Positions 1 to 11,729 of a stretch of DNA of 64,000 bases are shown here, in pieces. Source of the DNA: Pristiophorus japonicus. Taxonomy: Eukaryota. The position numbers were made by a program, and so were the translations under genes. Position 1 is the stretch's first letter. Each line of letters opens with the position of its first letter. The notes under the pieces are model-generated. The model did not search any database, was not told the DNA's origin, and saw nothing but the letters and a program-made list of their open reading frames with translations. The DNA lies in the NCBI RefSeq assembly GCF_044704955.1, contig NC_091978.1, positions 259,656,001-259,720,000 of the forward strand, written 5' to 3'.

Positions 1-50
1 AGTAACCCAATGCTTGCCATCCCAAAAAAGATATTTAGAGCTGCATAAGC
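1..50 (-). CDS. RRH: Peropsin exon 3 (partial, runs off the window)
   Basis: Acceptor tttctttcag at 60-51, then AYAALNIFFGMASIGL, matching opsin TM3 of peropsin; phase 0 fits exon 2. Confidence 0.92.
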
Positions 51-364
51 CTGAAAGAAAGCAGACATGGTTAAAACAGATGAAGGAAATGCATACAATC
101 TAATAGAAACAATTGTTTGGGGATTGTTGGGGACGATGTCCTTCAGATGACATGCTAAAATGACTTCCATGTGACTGTTCTGCTAGTTCAGGTGGAAATT
201 AAAGATCCTATGCCAATATTCGAAAAGGATAGCGATCTGCCAATGTTCTTCAATTAATCCATTGTATATGGAATTCTTTGTGATGAGAGATATGATATCA
301 ATGCAAGTCTCTCTACAGTTCAATTTTATTCATTTCAAGATTCCCTTATCCTATATGTTAAAGT

Positions 365-823
365 GTCAGCTATGGCTCAGTTGGTGGCACTCTCACCTGA
401 GTCAGAAGGTCCTGGGTTCAAGTCCCACTCCAGAGACTTCAGCACAAAAATCTAGGCTGACGCTCCAGTGCAGTGCTGAAGGAATGCTGCGCTGTCGGAG
501 GCACCATCTTTCAGATGAGGCATTAAATCGAGGCCCCGTCTGCTCTCTCAGATAGACGTAAAAGATCCCATGGCACTATTTTGAAGAAGACCAGGGGAAT
601 TATCCCCAGTATCCTGGCCAATACTTAACCCTCAACATCACTAAAAAACAGATTATCTGGTCATTATCACTTTGCTGTTTGTGGGAGCTTGCTGTCCGTA
701 AATTAGCTTCCGCGTTTCCTACATTACAACAATGACTACACTTCAAAAGCACTTCATTGGCTATAAAGGGCTTTGGGATGTCCGGTACTCATGAAAGGCA
801 CTATATAAATGCAAGTCTTTTTT
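365..823 (+). mobile_element. tRNA-derived Deu-domain SINE (SacSINE1-like) with L2-type tail
   Basis: A/B-box head (TGGCTCAGTTGG...GGTTCAAGTCC), Deu core (GTAAAAGATCCCATGGCACTATTT), tail AAAGGCACTATATAAATGCAAGTCTTT. Confidence 0.8.
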
Positions 824-1007
824 TATATAAAAACTAATATTTGTAATATTTGTGTGGAAGAATATCAGTGGTAATAAAATTATGTTTTCAGTAAAGTTAC
901 AATATATGATGACGTATATCTTTCAGCGTTTTAGTATCCCAAGCAAAGGTTAAATAAATTACAGCAACTAATGTTAAAAAAGAACTGACTGTTCTTTTTT
1001 TATTTGT

Positions 1008-1180
1008 ACTGGAACTTTCAACTTCGGCAGAAGTGTAAGACGTGCAATATTGGATTGGCCGCTCGTTATACACCCCGCCCGATTTTCAAATCAAAGGAAA
1101 GGAAAATTGAGCGGGTGCATGAAGGGCACCTCATCCAATATCGTGCATTTTATGCCCCACAGAAGCTGAAGGTTCCTCCC
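1008..1180. mobile_element. Palindromic MITE
   Basis: GGAACTTTCAACTTC...GAAGCTGAAGGTTCC ends with internal arms that also pair (CCCGCCCGATTTTC / GAAAATTGAGCGGG). Confidence 0.6.
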
Positions 1181-2204
1181 TTGATCGTGGGATGTGGGCA
1201 ACACTGGCAAGGCCACGTTTATTGCCCATCCTTAGTTAGCCTGAGAATATGGTGATGGACAGTCTACTTGAAACGCTGCAGTCCTTATAATGACCATGTT
1301 CGCACAATGGTATTAGATTGGGAATTTCAGGATATTAACTCAATGACAATGAAGCAATGGTGATTTATGTCCAAGTCAGGATGATATGTGACTTGGAGGA
1401 GAACTTGCGGGTGATGGTACTCCTTCGCATTTAGCATGACTCTTCATATTTTATAGGCATACCTTCTAGTCCTACTATTACAATCCATTTTGAATATCTC
1501 CTTCAAATCTACTATATATAGTCTTTCTGAGCTAATGTTTCTCAAAATGAATAACCCTAATTCTCTAAGTCTAATTCTTATAACTAAGAAAACTACGTTT
1601 CAGCAGCATCCTTCATGTCTCATTCTGCATCCTCTCTGGGGACCAAAACTGGACACAATGCACTAAGTGTGGACATACCAAAGCTTTACATAACAAATGT
1701 ATAGTGTTATTAGACTTGTACTTTATTGGTCTCGCAATATTTTCCAGAATTCCATTTGATTTCCCGAGAACTACCTTATATTTGCATGTGAAACTTTAGC
1801 AACTGACCAATTATTATCACTTGCGTTGAGTGGCTGACCCCATTCATACAACATAGCACTTCTCCACATTAAATGTCATCTGCCATTTATAAGTTCATTC
1901 TATTAAATAAGCTAGAAGCCTCCTCCTTACTGCCAACCCTTGTAGATTTTTCTGTATCATTTAATAGCGTTGTCAATGCCCTGCTCAAGATCATGAATAA
2001 AAGCGAACAAACAACCCAACACAGAGCCTTGAGAAACCTCACTCATTGCTCAGCCCCAATTCAAACTCTTCTCATTAATAACTACTGCTTATGAAATTTT
2101 AACCGATTCCCAATCAATTTTGCTATTTCTCCATTAATACCCTGATATCCTTTTTTCTAATAATCATCTGTGCAGCTTAATTAAAAGTCTGCTTGAAGAT
2201 TCAA

Positions 2205-4510
2205 TCTAGGTACATTCCCATAAGGGGTAGAAGGGAGGGAAACCAAAGCCAGAGTTCCCTGGACGACGAAGGAGTTGGAGAGTAGGATGAAGCAGGCATA
2301 TGATAGATTTCAGCTTGATAATACAAGGGAGAATTAGGCTGAATATAAAAAGTACTGAGAGGAAGTGAAAAAGGAAATACAAGGGGAAAAGAGACATTAT
2401 GAGAGTAGATTGATGGCTAACATAAAAGGGAATCCAAAGACAAATTCTATAAGCATATTAACAGTAAAAGGATTGTCAGAGGAGGGATGGGGCCAATTAA
2501 AGGGACCAAAATGGAGATTATTGGTGGAGGCAGAAGGCATGGCTGAGGTATTAAATGAGCATATCTCATCGGTGTTTACCAAGGAAGAGGACTTTGCAAA
2601 AGCTACTGTAATCGAGGAGGTTGCTGTGATACTGGATGAGATAAAAATAGATTAAGAGGAGGTACTAGACAGGCTGGCGGTAATTAAAGTGGATAAGTCA
2701 CCCGGTCCAGACGGGATGTATCCTAGGTTGCTGAGGGAAATAAGGGTAGACATTGCGAAGTTGCCGGCCACAATCTTCCAATCCTCCTTAGGTACAGGTG
2801 TGCTGCCAGACGACTGGAGGATTGCAAATATTACAGCTTGTTCAAAAAAGGGAGAGAAGGATAAACCTGGCAATTACAGGTCAGTTAGTTTAACGTCAGT
2901 GGTGGGGAAGCTTTTAGAAAAAATTATCCAGGAGAAAATTAACAGCCATTTGCTCAAGTATGAACTAATAAAGGAGAGCCAGCACAGATTTGTTGTTTGA
3001 CTACCTTGATTGAGTTTTTTGATGAGGTAACAGAGAGGGTGGGTGAGGGCAGTGTAGTTGATTTTGTGAACATGGATTTTCAAAAGGCATTTGATAAAAT
3101 ACCACATATTAGGTTTGTTAGCAAAATTGAAGCCCATGGGATAAAAGGGGCAGTAGCAGTATGGATTCAAAATTGGCTCAGGGATCGAATACGGAGGGGG
3201 AGAAATTCCATAGCGTCCCAATTAGAGCTGGGAACCGACTCGGTGTGGGAGTTCCTGCGCCCGGTGCAGAAGTTCCGCCCCACCCACAAAATTGCAGTTA
3301 GCGCCCCTCCGAGGAAGTGGAGTGCAATCTCGCACGCTGCACTTCCTCTTGGGGCAGGTTCCGGGGTGACACTGGGGCGCGATCGGCAGCGCTTCGCGGA
3401 TGCTCCGCGTAGTGCTGACACGTTTCAACGCCCCTCCCCTTCAGTTAAAGAGGAGGACCGCTGCGCACTCTACTGGGCCTCCACTAGCTACCAGGGTGGC
3501 GTGATGCTGAGGCCCCAGCCCGGCACCCAAAACAAAGTGCCGGCTGTACGATGGCAGCTCGGACCGCACAATAGAAGAAGTATTTGAAATGCATTAATGA
3601 TTGGGACTTATGCTAAACCTATATAAAACGCTGATGGAATGGGTGGACACATAGCAGATGAAATTCAATACAGCAAAATGTGAGGTGATACATTTTGATT
3701 GGAAGAATGAGACTATACAAGCTAAATGGTACAATTTTAAAAGGGGTGCAAGATGAGAGACCCGAGGGTCTTTGTGCACAAATCTTTGATGATGACAGGA
3801 CAGGTCAACAAAGCAGTTAATAAATCATATGGGATCCTGGGCTTTATAAATAGAGGCATGGAGTACAAAAGCCAGGAAGTTATGCTAAACCTATATAAAA
3901 CACTCGTGTTGTGTCCAATTCTGGGCACCACACTTTCGGAAGGACGTGAAGGCTTTGTAGAGGGTACAAAGAGATTTACTAGAATGGTTCCAGGGATGAG
4001 GGATTAGCGATAAGTGGATGGATTGGAGAATCTAGGGTTGTTCTCCTTAGAGTAGGGACAGATAAGATGAGATTTGATAGATGTGTCTAAAATCATGAAG
4101 AATTTTGATAGACTAACTAAAGAAAAACTGTTTCCAATGGCTGAAGAGGGCACAGATTTAAGGTGATTGGCATAAGTGGATGGATTGGAGAATCTAGGGT
4201 TGTTCTCCTTAGAGTAGGGACAGATAAGATGAGATTTGATAGTTGTGTCTAAAATCATGAAGAATTTTGATAGACTAACTGAAGAAAAACTGTTTCCAAT
4301 GGCTAAAGAGGGCACAGATTTAAGGTGGTTCACTAGTAGCTTTCAAAAGGGAATTGATAAATACTTGAAGCAGAAAAAACTGCAAGGGTATGAGGAAAGA
4401 GCTGGGGAGTGCGGCTAACTGCATTGCTCTATGAAAGAGCTGGTGCAGACTCGATGGGTTGAATGTCTTCCTTCTGTGCTGTTCTAGTCTATGATTCTAT
4501 GATTCTATCT
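2205..4510 (+). mobile_element. Degenerate CR1 LINE (RT to 3' tail) with an insertion at ~3190-3570 and a 162-bp tandem duplication at 4010-4330
   Basis: [27 protein letters not shown] motifs; (ATTCTATG)n tail. Confidence 0.85.
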
Positions 4511-5261
4511 GTCATAGTTACTGCCTCAAAAAATGCAAGTCAAGTTAGTGAGGCATGACTTGGTACTACTAAAGCCATTAGTTTGCCCAAATAACTGTGG
4601 TATTCTCTTGTGTGCGTTTATTGAAAGCTGCTCAGTATGTAAATCAAACATTTATCAGCACGACCTGAGGACGTATAAAGGTCCTGTAACACAGGTGAAT
4701 TAAGTGAGGGAGTTTGAAATTTATTGTTAATCAACATATCTCAAATACGATTAAATAATCCTTTTGTTTAACTTCTTACGATATAGCATTTTCACAAGGA
4801 TACAAGTAATTTTACATGTATTCTGAAGAGAACAGCTAATGTTCATGCATGCATTTTAATTGGTATGAAAATTATTATTCTCTGTCGTTCTCCACCACCA
4901 CGAGAAAAGCAAAAGCGTACTTTTTATACTCTTGTACGAAAGAAAATTCTACATGTCCTTCATTTGTAAATTGGAATAGATGTACTTTTGTTTCAATTAT
5001 ATGAATGCATTATTTTGGATTAGGTTACTTCAGGTGATAGTACTTAAGTTTATTTTTCTGATTCACTACAGTAAAAGAATTATCATACCGAATCGGAGTG
5101 GAGAGGAGAGAGGAAGAGGGAGAAAATGAGATACAAGTTGCCAAAATAATTCTTCAATGAGGAAATTATAATAATGAAGAGAAATGAATACATTTTACAA
5201 ATACTGCAAGAATGTTTTTTCTCTCTTATATCAACAATAGATTTTCTGTCAGCAAACTGAC

Positions 5262-5452
5262 CTGACAGCCCGAATGACCAAACTTCCAGCTACCATGCAG
5301 GTCTGAAGCGGCTGACATTGGGTAGCCAATGGCACTCACCCCAATGTCAGTGAAAGCCAGATTCACGATAATTGCGTTGGTTGCTGTGCGGAACTCCTTG
5401 AACTTCACAAACATAATTAGCACTATTATGTTGCTGAATAGACTTAATACTC
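5262..5452 (-). CDS. RRH: Peropsin exon 2
   Basis: AG/GT-bounded 191-nt exon: GVLSLFSNIIVLIMFVKFKEFRTATNAIIVNLAFTDIGVSAIGYPMSAASDLHGSWKFGHSGCQ. Confidence 0.96.
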
Positions 5453-5872
5453 CTGCAATGAAACACAATGACAAGTTTCTCATTAATGTTTCCACTATAA
5501 TCAAGATAAACATCACATTTAAGATTTGCACAGCTGTAGCTTGTTAACAATGACATCAAGCCTTCACATAGTATAAATGGGGAAAATGAAAAACAAAGTT
5601 GATTTTTTAGTGCCAATTTCAACTTATTGTCACTATTATATATTATAAGTTAGTTAAAAATATATTTCATAAATATGTGCAGTATTTCTTGTTCCACAGT
5701 GCAATCCATTTCTATGTAGAAAACTTAGTGTGGCTAATTACATTTCATTATTGGCCCAAAGTAAAAATTTCATTGAATACTCTTGTTTGCATCTTAAGCA
5801 GCAACATGTTTCGATCTTTTCAATCAACATTTTGTTTACTGTTCATAACTACTTTTAAACAAGATCAAATAC

Positions 5873-6005
5873 CTGCAGTTATCAAATAAGCCGCAATAAT
5901 GTTATGCTCCGTCTGAGAGAAGACAGATTCGGGTTCCATTTCAGTGGAGTCTGCAGAGTAATTGAAGGTAGTATTCCCGGAGAGGTTTTCCAAAGCACCT
6001 TCCAT
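5873..6005 (-). CDS. RRH: Peropsin exon 1 (coding part)
   Basis: ATG at 6005; MEGALENLSGNTTFNYSADSTEMEPESVFSQTEHNIIAAYLITA-G, where SVFSQTEHNI is characteristic of RRH; GT donor at 5872, phase 1 matches exon 2. Confidence 0.94.
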
Positions 6006-6699
6006 TACAGTGGTTAGAAAACTGTTATGATTCCAATAAAACTGGAGAAAGATTCTGTTTTTATCTATTCAATGGTAAAAATGGAGACAAAGGCCTGCCA
6101 CCAAACCACAAAGGCTTTCCGTTACTGTGGCTGCCAAAGGTTAATTGGATCAACCAGTGAAAGGGATTTAAATCTGCAACTCAAACCCCTTGTTACTTGA
6201 ACAATGAGCACCATTTTACTATACAGAGAATTACTTGAACAAGATTTAAGTCACATGCTGCTTTTTTCTCCTTACAATAAATATATTGTACTTGCACACT
6301 CATCCTGAGTATGAGCATATTTCAGGTATCTTTACACTGAACCGGCAAAGGTTCACTCAAGTGTTGTATAAAGAATTGAAAAACAGAGGGGTTACAGCCA
6401 AGTACATAACCAGCACTGTGAAAAATCTTTCTGATCACATCATCAGAGTAATCCTTCCACACTGCTGTGTTCATATCTATGTTCGAGTGACACAGGCTCA
6501 CCCTGCAAGTTGAATCTACCTTCAACCCTTGAAAAAAATTACTATGAAGTGCATTGCAGAGCTCTTTGTGGAAGTTTATTTGCGAGTTAAGTTGGTAAAA
6601 AGTTTTTACCAACTAGAAAAGAACACCTCACCCTGCTGGATTCAGGCTGTACTAGGTTTCCCCCGTATTTCCAGCACTTTTTAATTCACCCATTCACCA

Positions 6700-7315
6700 A
6701 ATATATAGGATATGGCACAGAAACAGGCCATTCAGCCCAACCAGCATTTATGCTCCACTCGAGCCTCCTCCCATCCTTCATCTAATTTTATCAGCATAAC
6801 CCTCTATTCCCTTCTCCCTCATATGCTTACCTAGCTGCCCCTTAAATGCATTTATACTATTCACCTCAACCACTCCCTGTGGTAGCGAGTTCCACATTCT
6901 CACCATTCTCTGGGTAAAAAAGTTTCTTCTGAATTCCATTTGATTTCTTATGACTATCTTATATTGATGGCCTCTAGTTTTGCATCTCCCCAGAAGTGGA
7001 AACATTCTCTCCCTGTCTACTCAAACAAAACCTTTCATAATATTAAATATCTCGTTTAGGTCACCCCCTCAGCCGTATCTTTTTAAGAGCAAAGAACCCC
7101 AGCCTGTTCATCCTTTACCAATAGGTATAACCTTGCATTTCTGGTATCATCCTTGTAAATCTTTTTTGCACCATTTCCAGTGCCTCTATTTCCTTTTTTA
7201 TAATATAGCAACCAGAACCGTACACATTACTTCAAGTGTGGTTTAACCAAGGTTTGGTACAAGTTTAGCATAACTTCTCTACATTTCAATTCAATCCCTC
7301 TAGAAATAAACCCTA
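6700..7315 (-). mobile_element. CR1 3' fragment
   Basis: TRGHQYK...RRNFFTQRMVRMWNSLP C-terminal ORF2 motif. Confidence 0.8.
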
Positions 7316-8110
7316 TTACAGGATTTATTGGTACCACAAGGATTGCATGCGGCATTGTTTTTTAATCTGGAGGATAGCAGAGGCACTATTACACATATTT
7401 AATAATTTGTCAGTGCAAGGTATAGTGCAAGAGGACTGGAGGATAGAACATAAGAAATAGGAGCAGGTGTAAGCCATACTGCCCCTCGAGCCAGCACCGC
7501 CATTTAATACAATCATGGCTGATCTGATCATGAACTCAGGTCCACTTCTCTGCCCACTCCCCATAACCCCTTAATCTCTTATCGGTTAAGAAACTGTCTA
7601 TCTCTGTCTTAAATTTACTCAATGTCCCGGCTTCCACAGCTCTCTGAGGCAGCGAATTCCACAGATTTACAACCCTCAGAGAAGAAATTCTTCCTCATCT
7701 CAGTTTTAAATGGGCAGCCCATTATTCTAAGATTGTGCCCCCTAGTTCTAGTCTCACCTATCAGTGGAAATATCTTCTCTGCATCCCCTCAATCTTATAC
7801 GTTTCGATAAGATCACCTCTCATTCTTCTGAATTCCAATGAGTAGAGGCCCAACCTCCTCAACCTTTCCTCATAAGTCAACCTCCTCATCTCCAGAATGA
7901 ACCTAGTGAACTTTCTCTGAACTGCCTTCAAAGCAAGTATATCCTTTTGTAAATATGGAAACCAAAACTGTACGCAGTATTCCAGGTGTGGCCTCACCAA
8001 TACGCTGTATAATATAGCAAGACTTCCCTGCTTTTATACTCCATCCCCTTTCCAATAAAGGCCAAGATTCCATTGGCCTTCCTGATCATTTGCTGTACCT
8101 GCATACTAAC

Positions 8111-8369
8111 TGTAAAGTCCTGACCCTGCAGTACAGACTTACACGAGGCACATGCTGAAGTCAAGGTCACTCTGGACCTGCACCTTTATTTCACAGCTCT
8201 CGAGTGCCTGAGACCTGCCTTTATATACCTGTGTGGAACAGGTATGCAGTGTCTCCTTCAAGTGCACCTCTGGTGGTAAAGTATGCTTGTGGTTACAGGT
8301 CATATCTAGTTACAGTCATGTATAGCATGGTAAGATACAGTTATATACAGTAGTGTGAGATACATGACA
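8111..8369 (-). mobile_element. Solo LTR
   Basis: TG...CA termini, exact 5-bp TSD CTAAC (8106-8110 and 8370-8374), AATAAA on the minus strand. Confidence 0.85.
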
Positions 8370-10369
8370 CTAACCTTTTGTGTTTCATGCACAAGTACCC
8401 CCAGGTCCCGCTGTACTGCAGTATATTGCAATTTCTCTCCATTTAAATAATAACTTGCTCTTTGATTTTTTCTGCAAGTGTGCATGACTTCACACTTTCC
8501 AACATTACACTCCCACTGCCAAATTTTTGCCCACCCACTTAGCCTGTCTATGTCCTTTTGCAGATTTTGTGTGCCTCCTCACACATTGCTTTTCCTCCCA
8601 TCTTTGTATTGTCAGCAAACTTGGCTACGTTACATTTGGTCCTTTCTTCCAAGTCATTAATATAGATTGTAAATAGTTGGAGTCCCAGCACTGATCCCTG
8701 CGGCACCCCATTCGTTACTGATTGCCAGCCCGAGAATGAACCATTTATCCCAACTTCTTTTTTCTGTTAGTTAGCCAATCCTCTATCCATACTAATAGTA
8801 CCCCCAACCCCGTGAACTATTATCTTGTGCAGTAACCTTTTATGTGGCACCTTGTCAAATGCCTTCTGGAAGACCAAATACACCACATCCACTGGTTTCC
8901 CTTTATCCATCCTCAAAGAATTCCAGCAAATTTGTCAAACTTGATTTCCTCTTCATAAATCCATGCTGACTCTGCCTGACTGAATTATGCTTTTTCAAAT
9001 GTCCTGCTACTGCTTCTTTAATAATGAACTCCAACATTTTCCCAACCACAGATGTTAGGCTAACTGGTCTATGGTTTCCTGCTTTTTATCTATCTCCTTT
9101 TTTAAATAGGGACATTTGCAGTTTTCCCAATCTGCTGGGATCTCCCCAAAATCCAGGGAATTTTGGTAAATTACAACCAATGCATCCACTATCCCTGCAG
9201 TTACTTCTCTTAAGACCCTAGGATGCAAACCATCAGGTCCAGGGGATTTATCTGCCTTTAGTCCCATTATCTTACTGAGTACCACCTCCTTAGTGATTGT
9301 GATTGTGTTAAGTTCCTCCCCCCGCTATAGTCCCTTGACTATCCACTGTTGGAATATTGTTAGTGTCCTCTATCGTAAAGACTGATACAAAATATTTGTT
9401 CAGAGTTTCTGCCATCTCCATGTTCCCCATTACTAGTTCCCCGGTCTTGTCCTCTAAGGGACCAACATTTACTTTAGCCACTCTTTTCCTTTTTATATAC
9501 CTATAGAAACTCTTGCTATCTGTTTTTATATTTTGTGCTAGTTTACTTTCATAGTCTATCTTCTCTTTCTAAGTCATTTTTTTAATCGTTCTTTGCTGGC
9601 TTTTAAAAGCTTCCCAGTCTTCTGTCCTCCCACTAGTTTTGAACACTTTGTATGCCCTTGTTTTTAATTGGATACCGTCCTTTATTTCTTTAGTTAGCCA
9701 CGGATGGCTATCTTTTTTTCTCTTACACCCTTTCCTCCTCACTGTAATATATTTTTCTTGAGAATTGTGAAATATTTCCATAAATGAACCTTCCTACACT
9801 TCAATCTGTTTTCCCAGTCCACTTTACCCAACTCTGCACTCATACCTTCATAGTCTCCTTTATCTAAGCTTAGTATGCTGGTTTGAGATCCAACTTTCTC
9901 ACCCGCCATCTGAATTTGAAATTCAACCATGCTATGATCACTTATTCCAAGGGGCTCCTTTACTAGGAGATTGTGTATTAATCCTGTCTCATTACACAGG
10001 ACCAGATCCACGATAGCCTGCCCCCGGTTGGTTCCGTTACATACCGCAAGTTCAGCAGTCGGGAGGTGCGTCGCTGAGGCGTGAGTCCGGGGTCGGCGAG
10101 AGACCTATAAAGGCCGCGAGTTCAGCAGTCGGGAGGTGCGTCGCTGAGGCATGAGTCCAGGGTCGGCGAGAGGCCTATAAAGGCCCAGCTTATGCAGCTA
10201 CAGGGAGAAGGCAAAAAAGAAGTAGAAAGAAACAGAAAGGTGACGTCACAGCCAAGGGGGTAAGTGATTGGCTGGTGATTGGTGAGTAGTTTTTCTTTTT
10301 TCTCTTCCATAACAGTGAGTACACTTTAGCATTGTTTTTGCCAATTTAAGTGTATCTAAGGGTTAAGTC

Positions 10370-11317
10370 ATGGCACGAGAGCTCGGTCACGTGATATGCT
10401 CCTCCTGTACCATGTGGGAACTCACGGACACTTCCGGTGTCCCTGACGACTACGTGTGCGGGAAGTGTATCCGCCTCCAGCTCCTGACGGTCCGCGTTGC
10501 GGAATTGGAGCTGAGGGTGGATTCACTCTGGAGCATCCACGATGCTGAGAATGACGTGAGTAGCACGTGTAGCGAGTTGGTCTTACCACAGGTGAAGGGT
10601 CCACAGCCAGATAGGGAATGGAAGACCAGCAGGAAGAGCAGTGCAAAGAAGGCAGTGCAGGGGTCCTCTGCGGTCATCCCCCTGCAAAACAGATACACTG
10701 CTTTGAGTACTGTTGAGGGGGATGACTCATCAGGGGAGGGCAGCAGCAGCCAAGTTCATGGCACCATGGCTGGCTCTGCTGCACAGGAGGGCAGGAAAAA
10801 GAGTGGGAGAGCGATAGTGATAGGGGATTCAATTGTAAGGGGAATAGATAGGCGTTTCTGCGTCCGCAACCGAGACTCCAGGATGGTATGTTGCCTCCCT
10901 GGTGCAAGGGTCAAGGATGTCTCTGAGCGGGTGCAGGACATTCTGAAAAGGGAGGGTGAACAGCCAGTTGTTGTGGTGCACATTGGTACCAACGATATAG
11001 GTAAAAAAAGGGATGAGGTCCTACGAGACCAATTTAAGGAGCTAGGAGCTAAATTAAAACGTAGGACCTCAAAAGTAGTAATCTCGGGATTGCTACCAGT
11101 GCCACGTGCTAGTCAGAGTAGGAATCGCAGTATAGCTCAGATGAATACATGGCTTGAGCAGTGGTGCAGCAGGGAGGGATTTAAATTCCTGGGGCATTGG
11201 AACCGTTTCTGGGGGAGGTGGGACCAGTACAAACCGGATGGTTTGCACCTGGGCAAGACCGGAACCAATGTCCAAGGGGGAGTGTTTGCTAGTGCTGTTG
11301 GGGAGGAGTTAAACTAA
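10370..11317 (+). CDS. CR1 ORF1p: zinc finger/leucine zipper plus SGNH esterase, intact 315 aa
   Basis: CxxC...CxxC, IVIGDSIVR, HIGTND and DGLH motifs. Confidence 0.9.
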   Translation: MARELGHVICSSCTMWELTDTSGVPDDYVCGKCIRLQLLTVRVAELELRVDSLWSIHDAENDVSSTCSELVLPQVKGPQPDREWKTSRKSSAKKAVQGSSAVIPLQNRYTALSTVEGDDSSGEGSSSQVHGTMAGSAAQEGRKKSGRAIVIGDSIVRGIDRRFCVRNRDSRMVCCLPGARVKDVSERVQDILKREGEQPVVVVHIGTNDIGKKRDEVLRDQFKELGAKLKRRTSKVVISGLLPVPRASQSRNRSIAQMNTWLEQWCSREGFKFLGHWNRFWGRWDQYKPDGLHLGKTGTNVQGGVFASAVGEELN

Positions 11318-11729
11318 TATGGCAGGGGGATGGGAACCAATGCAGGGAGACAGAGGGAAACAAAATGGAGACAGAATCAAAAGACAGAAAGGAGATGAGT
11401 AAAAGTGGAGGGCAGAGAAACCCAAGGCAAAAAACAAAAAGGGCCACTGTACAGCAAAATTCTAAAGGGTCAAAGTGTAATAAAAAGGCAAGCATGAAAG
11501 CTCGGTGCCTCAATGCAAGGAGTATTCGGAACCCAGGAGAGGGCTCTGAGCTAGTTTGAGTGGGTGAGAGCTCAGATGAACAGGACCCCAAGAAAGAATG
11601 CAAAAGGCAGGAGGCAACAGAGCAGAGTAGCACTGGGGTAAGTGTAAACCACAAGGTCATAGGAAGGGACAATATGTATGAATATAAAGAGGCTGCAGGA
11701 GGGGTCAAAACTAAAAATCATGGTTTAAA

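Noticed and set aside
4010-4330. 162-bp direct repeat as a possible LTR pair
   Set aside because: Adjacent tandem duplication inside a CR1 3' region, without TG...CA ends or a TSD
5226-5531. Single-exon 101-aa opsin ORF
   Set aside because: Only 5262-5452 is exon; the flanks are intron read-through
6120-6260. OTX/CRX-like sites upstream of RRH
   Set aside because: Only imperfect TAAT/GATT matches in AT-rich DNA; unsupported without conservation data
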